Assembly (NCBI GenBank): GCA_964481435.1
Contig: CAYZTH010000002.1
Span: forward strand, 1 to 36,846
Direction: 5' to 3'
Origin: Candidatus Woesearchaeota archaeon
GTDB taxonomy: Archaea > Nanobdellota > Nanobdellia > Pacearchaeales > UBA284
DNA length: 36,846 nt
Shown here: positions 1 to 8,235 of the stretch, piece by piece
Position numbering within the stretch: position 1 is the stretch's first letter
Layout: each line of letters opens with the position of its first letter
Made by a program: the position numbers and the translations under genes
Notes under the pieces: generated by a model
Databases searched by the model: none
Seen by the model: the letters and a program-made list of their open reading frames with translations, nothing else
Told to the model about the DNA's origin: nothing

Positions 1-8
1 GGAATTTT

Positions 9-470
9 TTGATTGCAATTATCTTGAGTTTTTTGCCTATTGTTGAACTTAGGGCTGGAATTCCTATGGCTATTCTTTCAGGGATTAATCCTTGGATTGC
101 CTTTTTCCTGTGTGTCTTTGTCAATATATTAATTATACCTTTTGTTTTCTTCTTTCTTGATAAGGTCCATGTTTGGCTTTTATCTTATAATTGGTATAAA
201 AAATCTATAAATAAAACTTTTGAGAGAGCTAAGAAGAGAAGTGAAAAAGTCAAAAAAAATATGAATACATGGGGTATGCTGGCCCTAGCTTTATTTGTGG
301 CCATTCCCCTGCCTGGAACAGGTGCTTGGACAGGAACTATTGTTGCCTGGCTCTTGAAACTGAATAGGAAAAAATCATTTTGGGCTATAACCCTCGGAGT
401 TGCTATAGCTGGAATAATTGTTACCCTAGCTGTAACAGGACTGGTTGCCCTATTTGGGATTTTTATATAA
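9..470 (+). CDS. small multidrug-export-like integral membrane protein (COG2426 / Sm_multidrug_ex-like)
   Basis: 153-aa ORF with about 4 hydrophobic helices. The N-terminal LPIVELRAGIP motif is typical of this family. It has a TTG start at the window edge and the frame stays open to nt 3, so the 5' end may be truncated. Confidence 0.55.
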   Translation: MIAIILSFLPIVELRAGIPMAILSGINPWIAFFLCVFVNILIIPFVFFFLDKVHVWLLSYNWYKKSINKTFERAKKRSEKVKKNMNTWGMLALALFVAIPLPGTGAWTGTIVAWLLKLNRKKSFWAITLGVAIAGIIVTLAVTGLVALFGIFI

Positions 471-524
471 CTAGATAGTGGTTACAAAAAGAAAGATTTA
501 TAAATTAAGAAATTCTTGAAATTC

Positions 525-923
525 ATGACAAACAAAGATTATTCCCAACATCGCGGTTTTTTTAGAGAAATCATGGGCTACCCTGAAACATGGATAATTC
601 TTGCAGCCCTATATGGTCTCGCAGAACTTGGAGTTACAGTTATCAAAGCCAATCAGTATGATAAATTTTTCTTACAACAAGCAGAGGTTCGCACCAGCGA
701 TTTAAGCCCAAGGGCTAAAAATGACAGCACCGGTACCTTGGCTAAACATCTGGAATCCTGGTTTCCGGGAATAGGCCCATTCAGCGTAAATCAAGCGAGG
801 AGGAATAGTAGACTCGCTAGAGACCAGTTAATAACTGTTGAGGAGGTAAGAGCTGAACAAAATATGCTCGATTCTGCTGATGCCGCATACGCAGATTCTA
901 TCCGTGCTGAAAGAGCAAGATAA
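525..923 (+). CDS. hypothetical protein (one predicted TM helix, Arg/Ala-rich C-terminus)
   Basis: The ORF track gives 516..923 with a TTG start. The first ATG is at 525, 20 nt downstream of TATA-like TTTATAAA (497-504). No recognisable domain. Confidence 0.45.
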   Translation: MTNKDYSQHRGFFREIMGYPETWIILAALYGLAELGVTVIKANQYDKFFLQQAEVRTSDLSPRAKNDSTGTLAKHLESWFPGIGPFSVNQARRNSRLARDQLITVEEVRAEQNMLDSADAAYADSIRAERAR

Positions 924-1001
924 TTCTTTTATCAATAAAATTCTTAAAGCCCAGATTCTATTGTATTTATATATAATCAGAAAAAGAGGAAAAAAAGTCA
1001 A

Positions 1002-1502
1002 ATGAAAGTGGGCAAAAAAACAATCAGGGCCTTTAGATGGATTGTGGGAATTCTGAGAAAGCATAATGTCCCTTTTCAGATAAGCGGGGGATTCTCTGCT
1101 AAAGTATATGGCTCTAGAAGACCTGTGCATGATATTGATATAGATATCCCTGAAAATAAATTTAGGGTAATTCTCCCTGAAGTAAAGAGGTATATTGTAT
1201 ACGGGCCTTCAAAATACAAGAGTGATGCCTGGGATTTGTATCTAATGACTCTGAACTATCATGGACAGCTTTTAGATATTGGCGGAGCATTTGATGAGAA
1301 AGTCTGTGATATAAGAACAGAAAAATGGAGGAGCATTCCTACCAATTTTCACAATGCAAAGGAAATGAGTGTTTTTGGTTTGAAAGTTCCGGTTATAAAT
1401 CCGCATGAATTAGTTGAGTATAAAAGTTATCTTTGCAGACACCAGGTTGAAGATATCAAAGCTGCAAAGGAATTTATTAAAAGAGAAAAGGTGAAAAAAT
1501 GA
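1002..1502 (+). CDS. nucleotidyltransferase-fold protein (Pol-beta superfamily)
   Basis: Motif ISGGFSAKVYGSRRPVHDIDIDI matches the G[GS]-x(9-13)-D-h-D-h NTase signature. AGAGGA lies upstream of the ATG. The stop overlaps the next start (ATGA). Confidence 0.65.
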   Translation: MKVGKKTIRAFRWIVGILRKHNVPFQISGGFSAKVYGSRRPVHDIDIDIPENKFRVILPEVKRYIVYGPSKYKSDAWDLYLMTLNYHGQLLDIGGAFDEKVCDIRTEKWRSIPTNFHNAKEMSVFGLKVPVINPHELVEYKSYLCRHQVEDIKAAKEFIKREKVKK

Positions 1503-1975
1503 AAAATAGACGAGGACAATTCTTTTTGATATTTGCCGTGATAATAGGCATAGCACTTCTTGTTGCTGCAACACAGTTCAACAAGACATCCAAAGATAAT
1601 TCTGGTAAAGAGATGTTTGAGCTAAGATGTCAGAACTATCGTAATGAGATATTCAAGATAAGCGAGTATGCCCTATCCCATGATAAGACACAAGAATCTG
1701 GATTGATTAAGGATTTCTCAGATGGTTTTTATGATTATATGAATAGAAGTTACGATCATTTTGATTTGTATTTCTTATATAGCAATGAAACCAAGGCAGG
1801 GGTTGTTAAATATCTTGATGGAATTAAAGGAGAATTTGAAGAAATATATTTATTTGAAAATAGTTATACTTTTACTGGGGCAGATATAACCAAAACATAT
1901 AACTTTTATACAGATGATTCATTTTACTTTTATATGAGGGCGAAGAAAGGAGGAGAAGTCTATGTATGCGAATAA
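1499..1975 (+). CDS. archaeal type IV pilin-like protein (class III signal peptide)
   Basis: The N-terminus MKNRRGQFFLIFAVIIGIALLVAA has a basic stretch, then Gly, then a hydrophobic helix. AAGGTGA Shine-Dalgarno-like motif upstream. Confidence 0.55.
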   Translation: MKNRRGQFFLIFAVIIGIALLVAATQFNKTSKDNSGKEMFELRCQNYRNEIFKISEYALSHDKTQESGLIKDFSDGFYDYMNRSYDHFDLYFLYSNETKAGVVKYLDGIKGEFEEIYLFENSYTFTGADITKTYNFYTDDSFYFYMRAKKGGEVYVCE

Positions 1976-2081
1976 AATAGAAGTAATTAATTTAAAACTA
2001 AACAAAGATTTTGGTAAACTCTAAGTTCACAACGTTTTGCAAAACCCAATTAGCCAAAATAACATAAGTCAAATCAAAAAA

Positions 2082-2600
2082 ATGAGACAAATTATTAATA
2101 ACAAGAAAGGAATATCTGAACTGGTTTCATATGTTCTATTGATTGTGTTAGCTATTGCAATTGCTAGCGGCGTTTACATCTGGCTTACGAGCATTGCTAA
2201 ACCTTCTAATGCGGTTGAATGTCCTGATGTTAACTTGAGGCTTGAGAGTTATGAATGCATTCAAAGATTCGCAAATGATCCTGGAAAGTTAACCCTTGAT
2301 TTAAAGAATAATGGAAAATTTGATATCACTGGATTCAGGATAATGATAAGAGATGATCCTGATAGACTTTTTTCTAATATCAGCGTTGTGAATGATTGTT
2401 TTGGTGGAGAGAGCACCCTGGGCGCATATGGGTGCGAGATAAAGGTCTCTGAAACAAGAAGTGTTTCTGGAACTTTCTCTGCTATAAACACAGTTAGACT
2501 AGTCCAAATTATACCAATAAAAGAAGTTGATGGCAAGCTTGCTTACTGCAAACCTATTGAATTCTTGATTGATAACTGTGTTTCCCCTTCTTCTGGTTGA
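2082..2600 (+). CDS. archaeal type IV pilin-like protein (DUF1628-like N-terminus)
   Basis: An internal ATG at 2082 gives MRQIINNKKGISELVSYVLLIVLAIAIASGVYIWL, a class III signal peptide. Six Cys in the predicted exported part. Confidence 0.7.
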   Translation: MRQIINNKKGISELVSYVLLIVLAIAIASGVYIWLTSIAKPSNAVECPDVNLRLESYECIQRFANDPGKLTLDLKNNGKFDITGFRIMIRDDPDRLFSNISVVNDCFGGESTLGAYGCEIKVSETRSVSGTFSAINTVRLVQIIPIKEVDGKLAYCKPIEFLIDNCVSPSSG

Positions 2601-2608
2601 AATCAGAA

Positions 2609-3085
2609 TTATTGAGGATTAAGAGTTTTAGAGATATAGGTGAGAGCATATCCAACACCATAACCTACAAAAAATCTACCTGTAGAAACTGCTCCGTTTA
2701 TTAATAGGGCTTGAGGTATATTTCTTTTAGATCTTTCTAGGAAGTCTCTTATAAATTCTTTGGGAAACAAGGAGGCTCGAGCGTTAAATCTACATGCGCT
2801 CTGGTACACTGCATCTACTTCTTTGTCAGATATCTTAAAGTCCACACAATAGCCTTTTAAATAAGCGTCTAGGCCAGAAAAAAGAGTATTCAGCACAATC
2901 ACCCCCGTATCTGCTCTCAAACCCATTGGACGACCATTTGCAGCATTACTTCCTTCAATAGCTCCCACCACAAGTGTGGAAATATTCAAAAGGGGAACTA
3001 GGATACCCGTTGCGGATTTTATTTTTCTTGCTATTGGATGACTAACATTTTCTTCTAGACTTTCATTGTTTGTTGAATTACTCAT
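2609..3085 (-). CDS. hypothetical membrane-associated protein
   Basis: 158-aa ORF on the opposite strand inside the pilin cluster. It has a Gly-rich hydrophobic C-terminal segment (GRFFVGYGVGYALTYI). No recognisable domain. Confidence 0.45.
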   Translation of the reverse strand: MSNSTNNESLEENVSHPIARKIKSATGILVPLLNISTLVVGAIEGSNAANGRPMGLRADTGVIVLNTLFSGLDAYLKGYCVDFKISDKEVDAVYQSACRFNARASLFPKEFIRDFLERSKRNIPQALLINGAVSTGRFFVGYGVGYALTYISKTLNPQ

Positions 3086-3234
3086 ATTCTTTTCCTAGAA
3101 CCAAGAAGGTTCTTTCAATCCCTAAAAAATTGAGTTTTTTGGGATTTTGAGTCTTTTTATTAAACTTTTATACTGGTTTATACTTCAAGGCTTCTGGCTC
3201 ACAAGATTTTTAAATTCATAATACCTAGGTATTT

Positions 3235-3690
3235 ATGTTAAAATCTAAAAGAGGAATATCTCCGGTTATTGCAACAATACTTCTTGTGGTGATTGCGATT
3301 GCTTTATTTGGCGCAGTCTATGTCTGGATAACAAGTATGCAAAAAGATGCCATCATTAAGTTTGATACTGGAATTGAGCAAGCATGCTTAAAAGTTAATT
3401 TTAATGTTCTAAAACAAGGAGATGAGATACAAGTTCAGAATAGAGGTGAAGTTGCTTTGTATAGAGTTCAATTATATGTAAAGAAAGATGGCTCACTAGA
3501 TTCTCTTGGAACAATTCCGCTTGAGTCAAGCTCAGGAGTCATTGGCCAGGGAGAGAGTGCAAGCGGCGAGTTTGATTTGGCAGGATGCCAACAAATCAAG
3601 GCCGTTCCAGTCTTACTTGGCATATCAAAGAAAACAGGAACTGAGAAAGAGTATGTCTGCCAAGAGAAAACAAAGTTTATCGGATGCTAA
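3235..3690 (+). CDS. archaeal type IV pilin-like protein
   Basis: MLKSKRGISPVIATILLVVIAIALFGAVYVWI is a canonical class III signal peptide with a DUF1628-type N-terminus. TATA-like TTTTTAAA at 3207-3214. Four Cys, with the last residue Cys. Confidence 0.8.
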   Translation: MLKSKRGISPVIATILLVVIAIALFGAVYVWITSMQKDAIIKFDTGIEQACLKVNFNVLKQGDEIQVQNRGEVALYRVQLYVKKDGSLDSLGTIPLESSSGVIGQGESASGEFDLAGCQQIKAVPVLLGISKKTGTEKEYVCQEKTKFIGC

Positions 3691-3742
3691 AGACAAAGTA
3701 TAAAAAGCTAAATTTACTAAAAAATAGAGAAAAAGAGGAAAG

Positions 3743-4204
3743 ATGAATGTATTAAACAATAAACGAGGAATTGAACCTGTTATTGCAACTGTTCTTTTGA
3801 TTGTAGTTACTCTTGCTGTTGTTGGCTTAGTTATGGGATTTTTATATCCATATATTCAGAATATGATTGATAAGCAGACAGCCTGTAATGGTGTTGCTTT
3901 GAGAATAAGCAGTGAAGGAACTTGTACGGGGGGCCCAGATGGTACAAAGGTCATGGTTGAAGCTATATTGAATGATAATAATCTAAGCAAAATGACTACT
4001 TATTTCCTGTTTGGTGGGGAGACCAGGACAAATATATCAACAAGCTTGAATTTATTGCCTGAGAATGGCGGAGCAAGAACCTATAAATATGCGACTCAAG
4101 AAAAGGTAGAAAAGGTCTGGGCAATCCCAACAATAAAATTCAAAGGAAAAGATTTCAGCTGCGATAATGCAAAAGCAGAACTTACTCCTGTTTTAGCATG
4201 TTAG
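3743..4204 (+). CDS. archaeal type IV pilin-like protein
   Basis: MNVLNNKRGIEPVIATVLLIVVTLAVVGLV is a class III signal peptide. GAGGA lies upstream. Four Cys, with the last residue Cys. Confidence 0.8.
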   Translation: MNVLNNKRGIEPVIATVLLIVVTLAVVGLVMGFLYPYIQNMIDKQTACNGVALRISSEGTCTGGPDGTKVMVEAILNDNNLSKMTTYFLFGGETRTNISTSLNLLPENGGARTYKYATQEKVEKVWAIPTIKFKGKDFSCDNAKAELTPVLAC

Positions 4205-4281
4205 AGAGTATATCTAAACTGTATAAATTAAGGGTTTTAATAAAATTTTATCTTTTTAAAACCCAGACAAGATAATAACAT

Positions 4282-4818
4282 ATGAAAATGTTGAGGCAAA
4301 AAAGAGGTGTTGTCTGGGTTTCTACTATTCTGTATATCTTGATAAGTCTGGCGGTCTTATCTCTTGTCTTGGTATCTGTGCAACCAATTATAGACAAGAA
4401 CCGAGATAAAGCGCTATGTTCTCAGAGCGAACAGATGCTGAGAGATATTGATTCTAGGATAAGAGATGTCGGTTCTGTTGAAGGAAATAAGCTCTCTTTA
4501 GATGCAAAGATAAGTCGAGGAAACTTAATAATAAACTCAAGTTCAAATTCAATAACTTGGGAACTAACAGACTCGGCATATCAGTATAGTGAGGAAAACA
4601 CGCCAATAAATATTTCAGCTAATATAAAAGCCATTACAAGAAGAAGCAGAGAGAACAAATGGGATGTTAAGATATACTTGGATTATCAGGGAAAATATAA
4701 TGTAACCTATAACAATGGAGAAACCTCAAGAGTCTTATCTGAATCAGATTATGTTTTGTTCTTTGAGTATGCTGGCAATAGTGATTCTTTGAAACAGATT
4801 GATGTCCGTGTAAGTTAA
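4282..4818 (+). CDS. pilin-like protein (class III signal peptide)
   Basis: MKMLRQKRGVVWVSTILYILISLAVLSLVLV has a basic stretch, then Gly, then a hydrophobic helix. Last gene of the same-strand cluster. Confidence 0.6.
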   Translation: MKMLRQKRGVVWVSTILYILISLAVLSLVLVSVQPIIDKNRDKALCSQSEQMLRDIDSRIRDVGSVEGNKLSLDAKISRGNLIINSSSNSITWELTDSAYQYSEENTPINISANIKAITRRSRENKWDVKIYLDYQGKYNVTYNNGETSRVLSESDYVLFFEYAGNSDSLKQIDVRVS

Positions 4819-4832
4819 TTATTAATTAAATA

Positions 4833-5441
4833 TCAGTCAAGAAAACCGGCTTTTGCAAATTCCTCTTCTCTGACTTCTGCCCCATATCTTGAGATCTCTT
4901 CCATAATTTTCTGGGTTCCGAGAACATAACGGCCCTCCTTGTGTTTCCTAATTTTCCTTAAAGAAACAAGAAAATGAGCGCGCCTATTCCTCTGACCTCG
5001 TTCTTGAATTTTATTGGCTGGGGATACTCCTAACTTGCTTAAAGCACCGAGGATTGGTCCTGCTAATGATTCATAACCATGATTCTGAATTAAATTAGTA
5101 AGTTGTTTTTCAGATACTCCCTCTTTGCATCCAATCATAAATGGCTCTTTCCCCTTACCAACCCAGAGATACATTTTTGAAACATCACTATATAACAATC
5201 CGGCATCAAACTTTAAATCTTCATCACTAAAAGTACCTGGATGATAAAAACCACAGTCTCTTAAATTTTTTGGAGTAAAGAAATAGTCCGGTCTAGTCTG
5301 GACTGAGTGATTGTCTGCTTCTGTTCCATATGATTTCATTGATTTAGCGGTTTCAACTGGTCTCCTTGGCCAAGGATCTGAACGATCTTGGTCTGTTGGA
5401 CCTTGTAAACATGCTAAAAGTGTGTCTAAATTAGTTGACAT
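4833..5441 (-). CDS. hypothetical protein (contains R-N-x3-H motif)
   Basis: 202-aa ORF with no TM helix. Its composition (R/P/G/D-rich N-terminus) differs from neighbours. It carries QRNRRAHF near aa 154-159. Confidence 0.5.
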   Translation of the reverse strand: MSTNLDTLLACLQGPTDQDRSDPWPRRPVETAKSMKSYGTEADNHSVQTRPDYFFTPKNLRDCGFYHPGTFSDEDLKFDAGLLYSDVSKMYLWVGKGKEPFMIGCKEGVSEKQLTNLIQNHGYESLAGPILGALSKLGVSPANKIQERGQRNRRAHFLVSLRKIRKHKEGRYVLGTQKIMEEISRYGAEVREEEFAKAGFLD

Positions 5442-5540
5442 TTTTTACCTCTATATGTATAAGTGATAATAGTTTATAAACCTTTCTTTTTGTTACTTTT
5501 AACTAGTGGTGACAAGAAAGAGAGAATAGTTCTCGAAATC

Positions 5541-5548
5541 TTTAAATA
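5541..5548 (+). promoter_or_regulatory. TATA-like box of serS
   Basis: TTTAAATA preceded by a purine-rich GAAATC, 22 nt upstream of the ATG. Confidence 0.45.
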
Positions 5549-5569
5549 AGTCAGGAAACATAGGTTATC

Positions 5570-6877
5570 ATGTTTGACCTAAAGTTTATCAGGGAGAATG
5601 AAAAAGAGATAAGAGAGTCTATCCTGAAAAGAGGATTGGAGATTCATGCCCTAAATGATATTCTAAAAGAAGACATAGAATTTAGGGAGATAAAAGAGAA
5701 AGTTGATGAATTGCGGCATGAAAGGAATGTTATTTCTGAGAGAATAAATGAAGCAAAGAAACAGGACAAGGATGTCAGACCGATTATAGAGAAAGCAAGA
5801 AAAATCCCTGAGGAATTAAAGTCTTATGAAGAAAAATTATCTAAGCTTGAGGCGAGCACAAGCCTATTAATTAAGAAGATACCGAATATCCTTGATAAGA
5901 AAGTCCCACAAGGCAAGGATGCAAAACATAATAAAGTGTTAAGAAAATGGGGAAAGATACCAAAGTTCAAGTTTAAAATCAAGACGCATGTCGAAATTGC
6001 TGAAGACCTTGGTCTATGTGACTTTGATGCCAGTGCAGAAGTTGCTGGAAAAGGATTCTACTATCTTAAAGGAGACCTTGCTCTTTTGAATCAAGCACTT
6101 CTCCAGTTTGCAATTGATTTTATGAAGAAAAAAGGATACCAGTATATTGAACCGCCTTTAATGATGAGGGCGGACATCGCTGCTGCTGCAGGAGATCTTG
6201 GGGCATTTAAGGATGCTCTCTATAAGATTGAGGGAGAGGACCTGTATATGATACCTACTGCTGAACACGCCATTCTTGGTATGTTGAGAGATACGACACT
6301 TGCTGAAGAAAAGCTGCCAGTAAAGTGCTTTGGATATTCAATGTGCTTTAGAAAAGAGGTCGGAGCTCATGGAATCAATGAAAAAGGCCTTTGGAGAACT
6401 CATCAATTCAATAAAGTTGAACAGTTCATATTCTGCAAACAAAAGGATTCTGGAAAGTATTATGATGAACTATTAAAAAATTCAGAAGAGATTGTCAAAA
6501 AACTTGGCTTACCCTATAGGGTATTTGAATCGTGTGCAGGAGACCTGAGCATATGGAAGAGCAGAGGAGCTGATATTGAGGTTTATAGACCTACAGTTGG
6601 CGAGTATGGAGAGATTATGTCTGTGTCAAACTGCGGAGTATATCAATCAAGAGATTTAGGAATAAAAGGCACAAACAGCAAGGGCGAGAAATACTTCATC
6701 AATACCCTAAATAATACTGCCATGGCAACCTCAAGAATCATGGTAGCTATTCTAGAGAACTTCCAACAAGCTGATGGAACAGTCAAAGTTCCAAGTGTTC
6801 TTCAGAAATACGTTGGAAAAAAAGTGTTGGGAGAGAAGAAAAGTAAAAAGGTTAAGAAAAAGAAATCAAGAAAATGA
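5570..6877 (+). CDS. serS: seryl-tRNA synthetase
   Basis: N-terminal coiled-coil arm (MFDLKFIRENEKEI...). Class II motif 2 is FRKEVGAHG...GLWRTHQFNKVEQF and motif 3 is NNTAMATSRIMVAILENFQ. Lys-rich C-terminal tail. Confidence 0.95.
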   Translation: MFDLKFIRENEKEIRESILKRGLEIHALNDILKEDIEFREIKEKVDELRHERNVISERINEAKKQDKDVRPIIEKARKIPEELKSYEEKLSKLEASTSLLIKKIPNILDKKVPQGKDAKHNKVLRKWGKIPKFKFKIKTHVEIAEDLGLCDFDASAEVAGKGFYYLKGDLALLNQALLQFAIDFMKKKGYQYIEPPLMMRADIAAAAGDLGAFKDALYKIEGEDLYMIPTAEHAILGMLRDTTLAEEKLPVKCFGYSMCFRKEVGAHGINEKGLWRTHQFNKVEQFIFCKQKDSGKYYDELLKNSEEIVKKLGLPYRVFESCAGDLSIWKSRGADIEVYRPTVGEYGEIMSVSNCGVYQSRDLGIKGTNSKGEKYFINTLNNTAMATSRIMVAILENFQQADGTVKVPSVLQKYVGKKVLGEKKSKKVKKKKSRK

Positions 6878-7374
6878 AGAAACAAATGATTCCGATTGTT
6901 GATGAGCGTGACAAACTGATTTGTTATAAAGAGAGAGGATCAATTAAATCTGGGGAGATTTATCGTGTTTCTAGTCTTTGTATTATTAATAGTAAAAATC
7001 AAATTCTCTTGGCAAGAAGGGCATTGACTAAATCGCATAACCCTGGAAAGTGGGGCTTATCTGTAGAAGGCACCGTTGAAAAAGGAGAAACATATGATTC
7101 TAATATCATAAAAGAAGCTGAAGAGGAATTGGGGTTGAATGGGATAAAGCCCGTTAAAGGATTAAAGGTCCGAGTAAAATCCCTATACAATTATTTTTGT
7201 CAGATATATCATCTAAAAATAGATAAGGAACCCAAGGAATTTAAAATTAGAAAAGAAGAAATTGAAGAAATAAAATGGTTCCCTAAAAAACAATTCTTTA
7301 AACTTGTAAATGATTGCCCAGAAAATTTTATAGAGAATATGAAAGAAAGAGCAGAATTATTCTTTCCCAATTAG
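6874..7374 (+). CDS. Nudix hydrolase (IDI-like subfamily)
   Basis: Nudix box GTVEKGETYDSNIIKEAEEELGL. The upstream segment LLARRALTKSHNPGKWGLS resembles IDI-type Nudix proteins. ATGA overlap with the serS stop. Confidence 0.8.
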   Translation: MKKQMIPIVDERDKLICYKERGSIKSGEIYRVSSLCIINSKNQILLARRALTKSHNPGKWGLSVEGTVEKGETYDSNIIKEAEEELGLNGIKPVKGLKVRVKSLYNYFCQIYHLKIDKEPKEFKIRKEEIEEIKWFPKKQFFKLVNDCPENFIENMKERAELFFPN

Positions 7375-8159
7375 TTCTTGCTTTTTAATTTCTCTTTAAA
7401 CCAGATTATGGTCTCATTGATGAGATCTTTTTCAGAGCTTTTATCGAGAAAATTATGATCTCCTTCCTTTATCATCTTGAGCTTTGAACCCATCGACTCA
7501 ACAACTTTTTCATCGCCAGTACCCCCTGTTACTTCATCATTCTCTCCTCTTAATATGAGTGTGGGGGTATCTCTAAGTTTAGGAAGGTCTTTTGATAAAT
7601 CCAAAGTGAGCATTTGTTTGAACAATTCTTTTCCAGCAATTAGTTCTTTAATAACTTTTTTCGAAGGCAGTTGTTTCATCGTCACACGCCAAACGCCTTC
7701 TTCTTCAATCATCTTATGATATTTTGGCTGGTCATAATAACTTCCTAAACCAAGTTTCCAGCCAGGGCCCCAGAATACAATTGTTTTAACTTTAGGTTTC
7801 GCTATAAGGGCTGCAGAGGCCGCCATACTGACTGCAATTATCCCTATATTCTCTTTGTCTATAGCTAGGGTTTTAACATAATCAACAGCAGTTAAGATAT
7901 CTTCGGCTTCTGTATACAGGGTCATATCTTTGAATTCCATATCACTTTCACCCGAACCTCGGCAATCTATTCTAAGAACAGCAAAACCAGAATCAATTAA
8001 AGGTCCAACTGCATGATTGTTCATAGGATAATAATCTTTAGTCCCTTTAAAACCATGGACAACAATTATTATTGGAGGATTCTTATTCTTAGGCATTGCT
8101 AAAAGCGCAGCCAGTTTTTGGCCTTTTGAATTTTTGAAAAATACCTTCTTTTCGTTCAT
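7371..8159 (-). CDS. alpha/beta hydrolase
   Basis: IIIVVHGFKGTKD oxyanion region, nucleophile elbow IGIIAVSMAASAA, RGENDEV (acid) and EGDHNF (His). Confidence 0.8.
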   Translation of the reverse strand: MNEKKVFFKNSKGQKLAALLAMPKNKNPPIIIVVHGFKGTKDYYPMNNHAVGPLIDSGFAVLRIDCRGSGESDMEFKDMTLYTEAEDILTAVDYVKTLAIDKENIGIIAVSMAASAALIAKPKVKTIVFWGPGWKLGLGSYYDQPKYHKMIEEEGVWRVTMKQLPSKKVIKELIAGKELFKQMLTLDLSKDLPKLRDTPTLILRGENDEVTGGTGDEKVVESMGSKLKMIKEGDHNFLDKSSEKDLINETIIWFKEKLKSKN

Positions 8160-8235
8160 GTATTTTTAAGAAGTGATATAATTTAAATCTTTTTGCAGAG
8201 CAAAAGTCTTTTAAATCAAAATGCATTATAACAAT

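Noticed and set aside
828-1130. Minus-strand 100-aa ORF spanning the gap between ORF 525-923 and the nucleotidyltransferase gene
   Set aside because: It overlaps two better-supported + strand genes and the promoter between them, and has no motifs.
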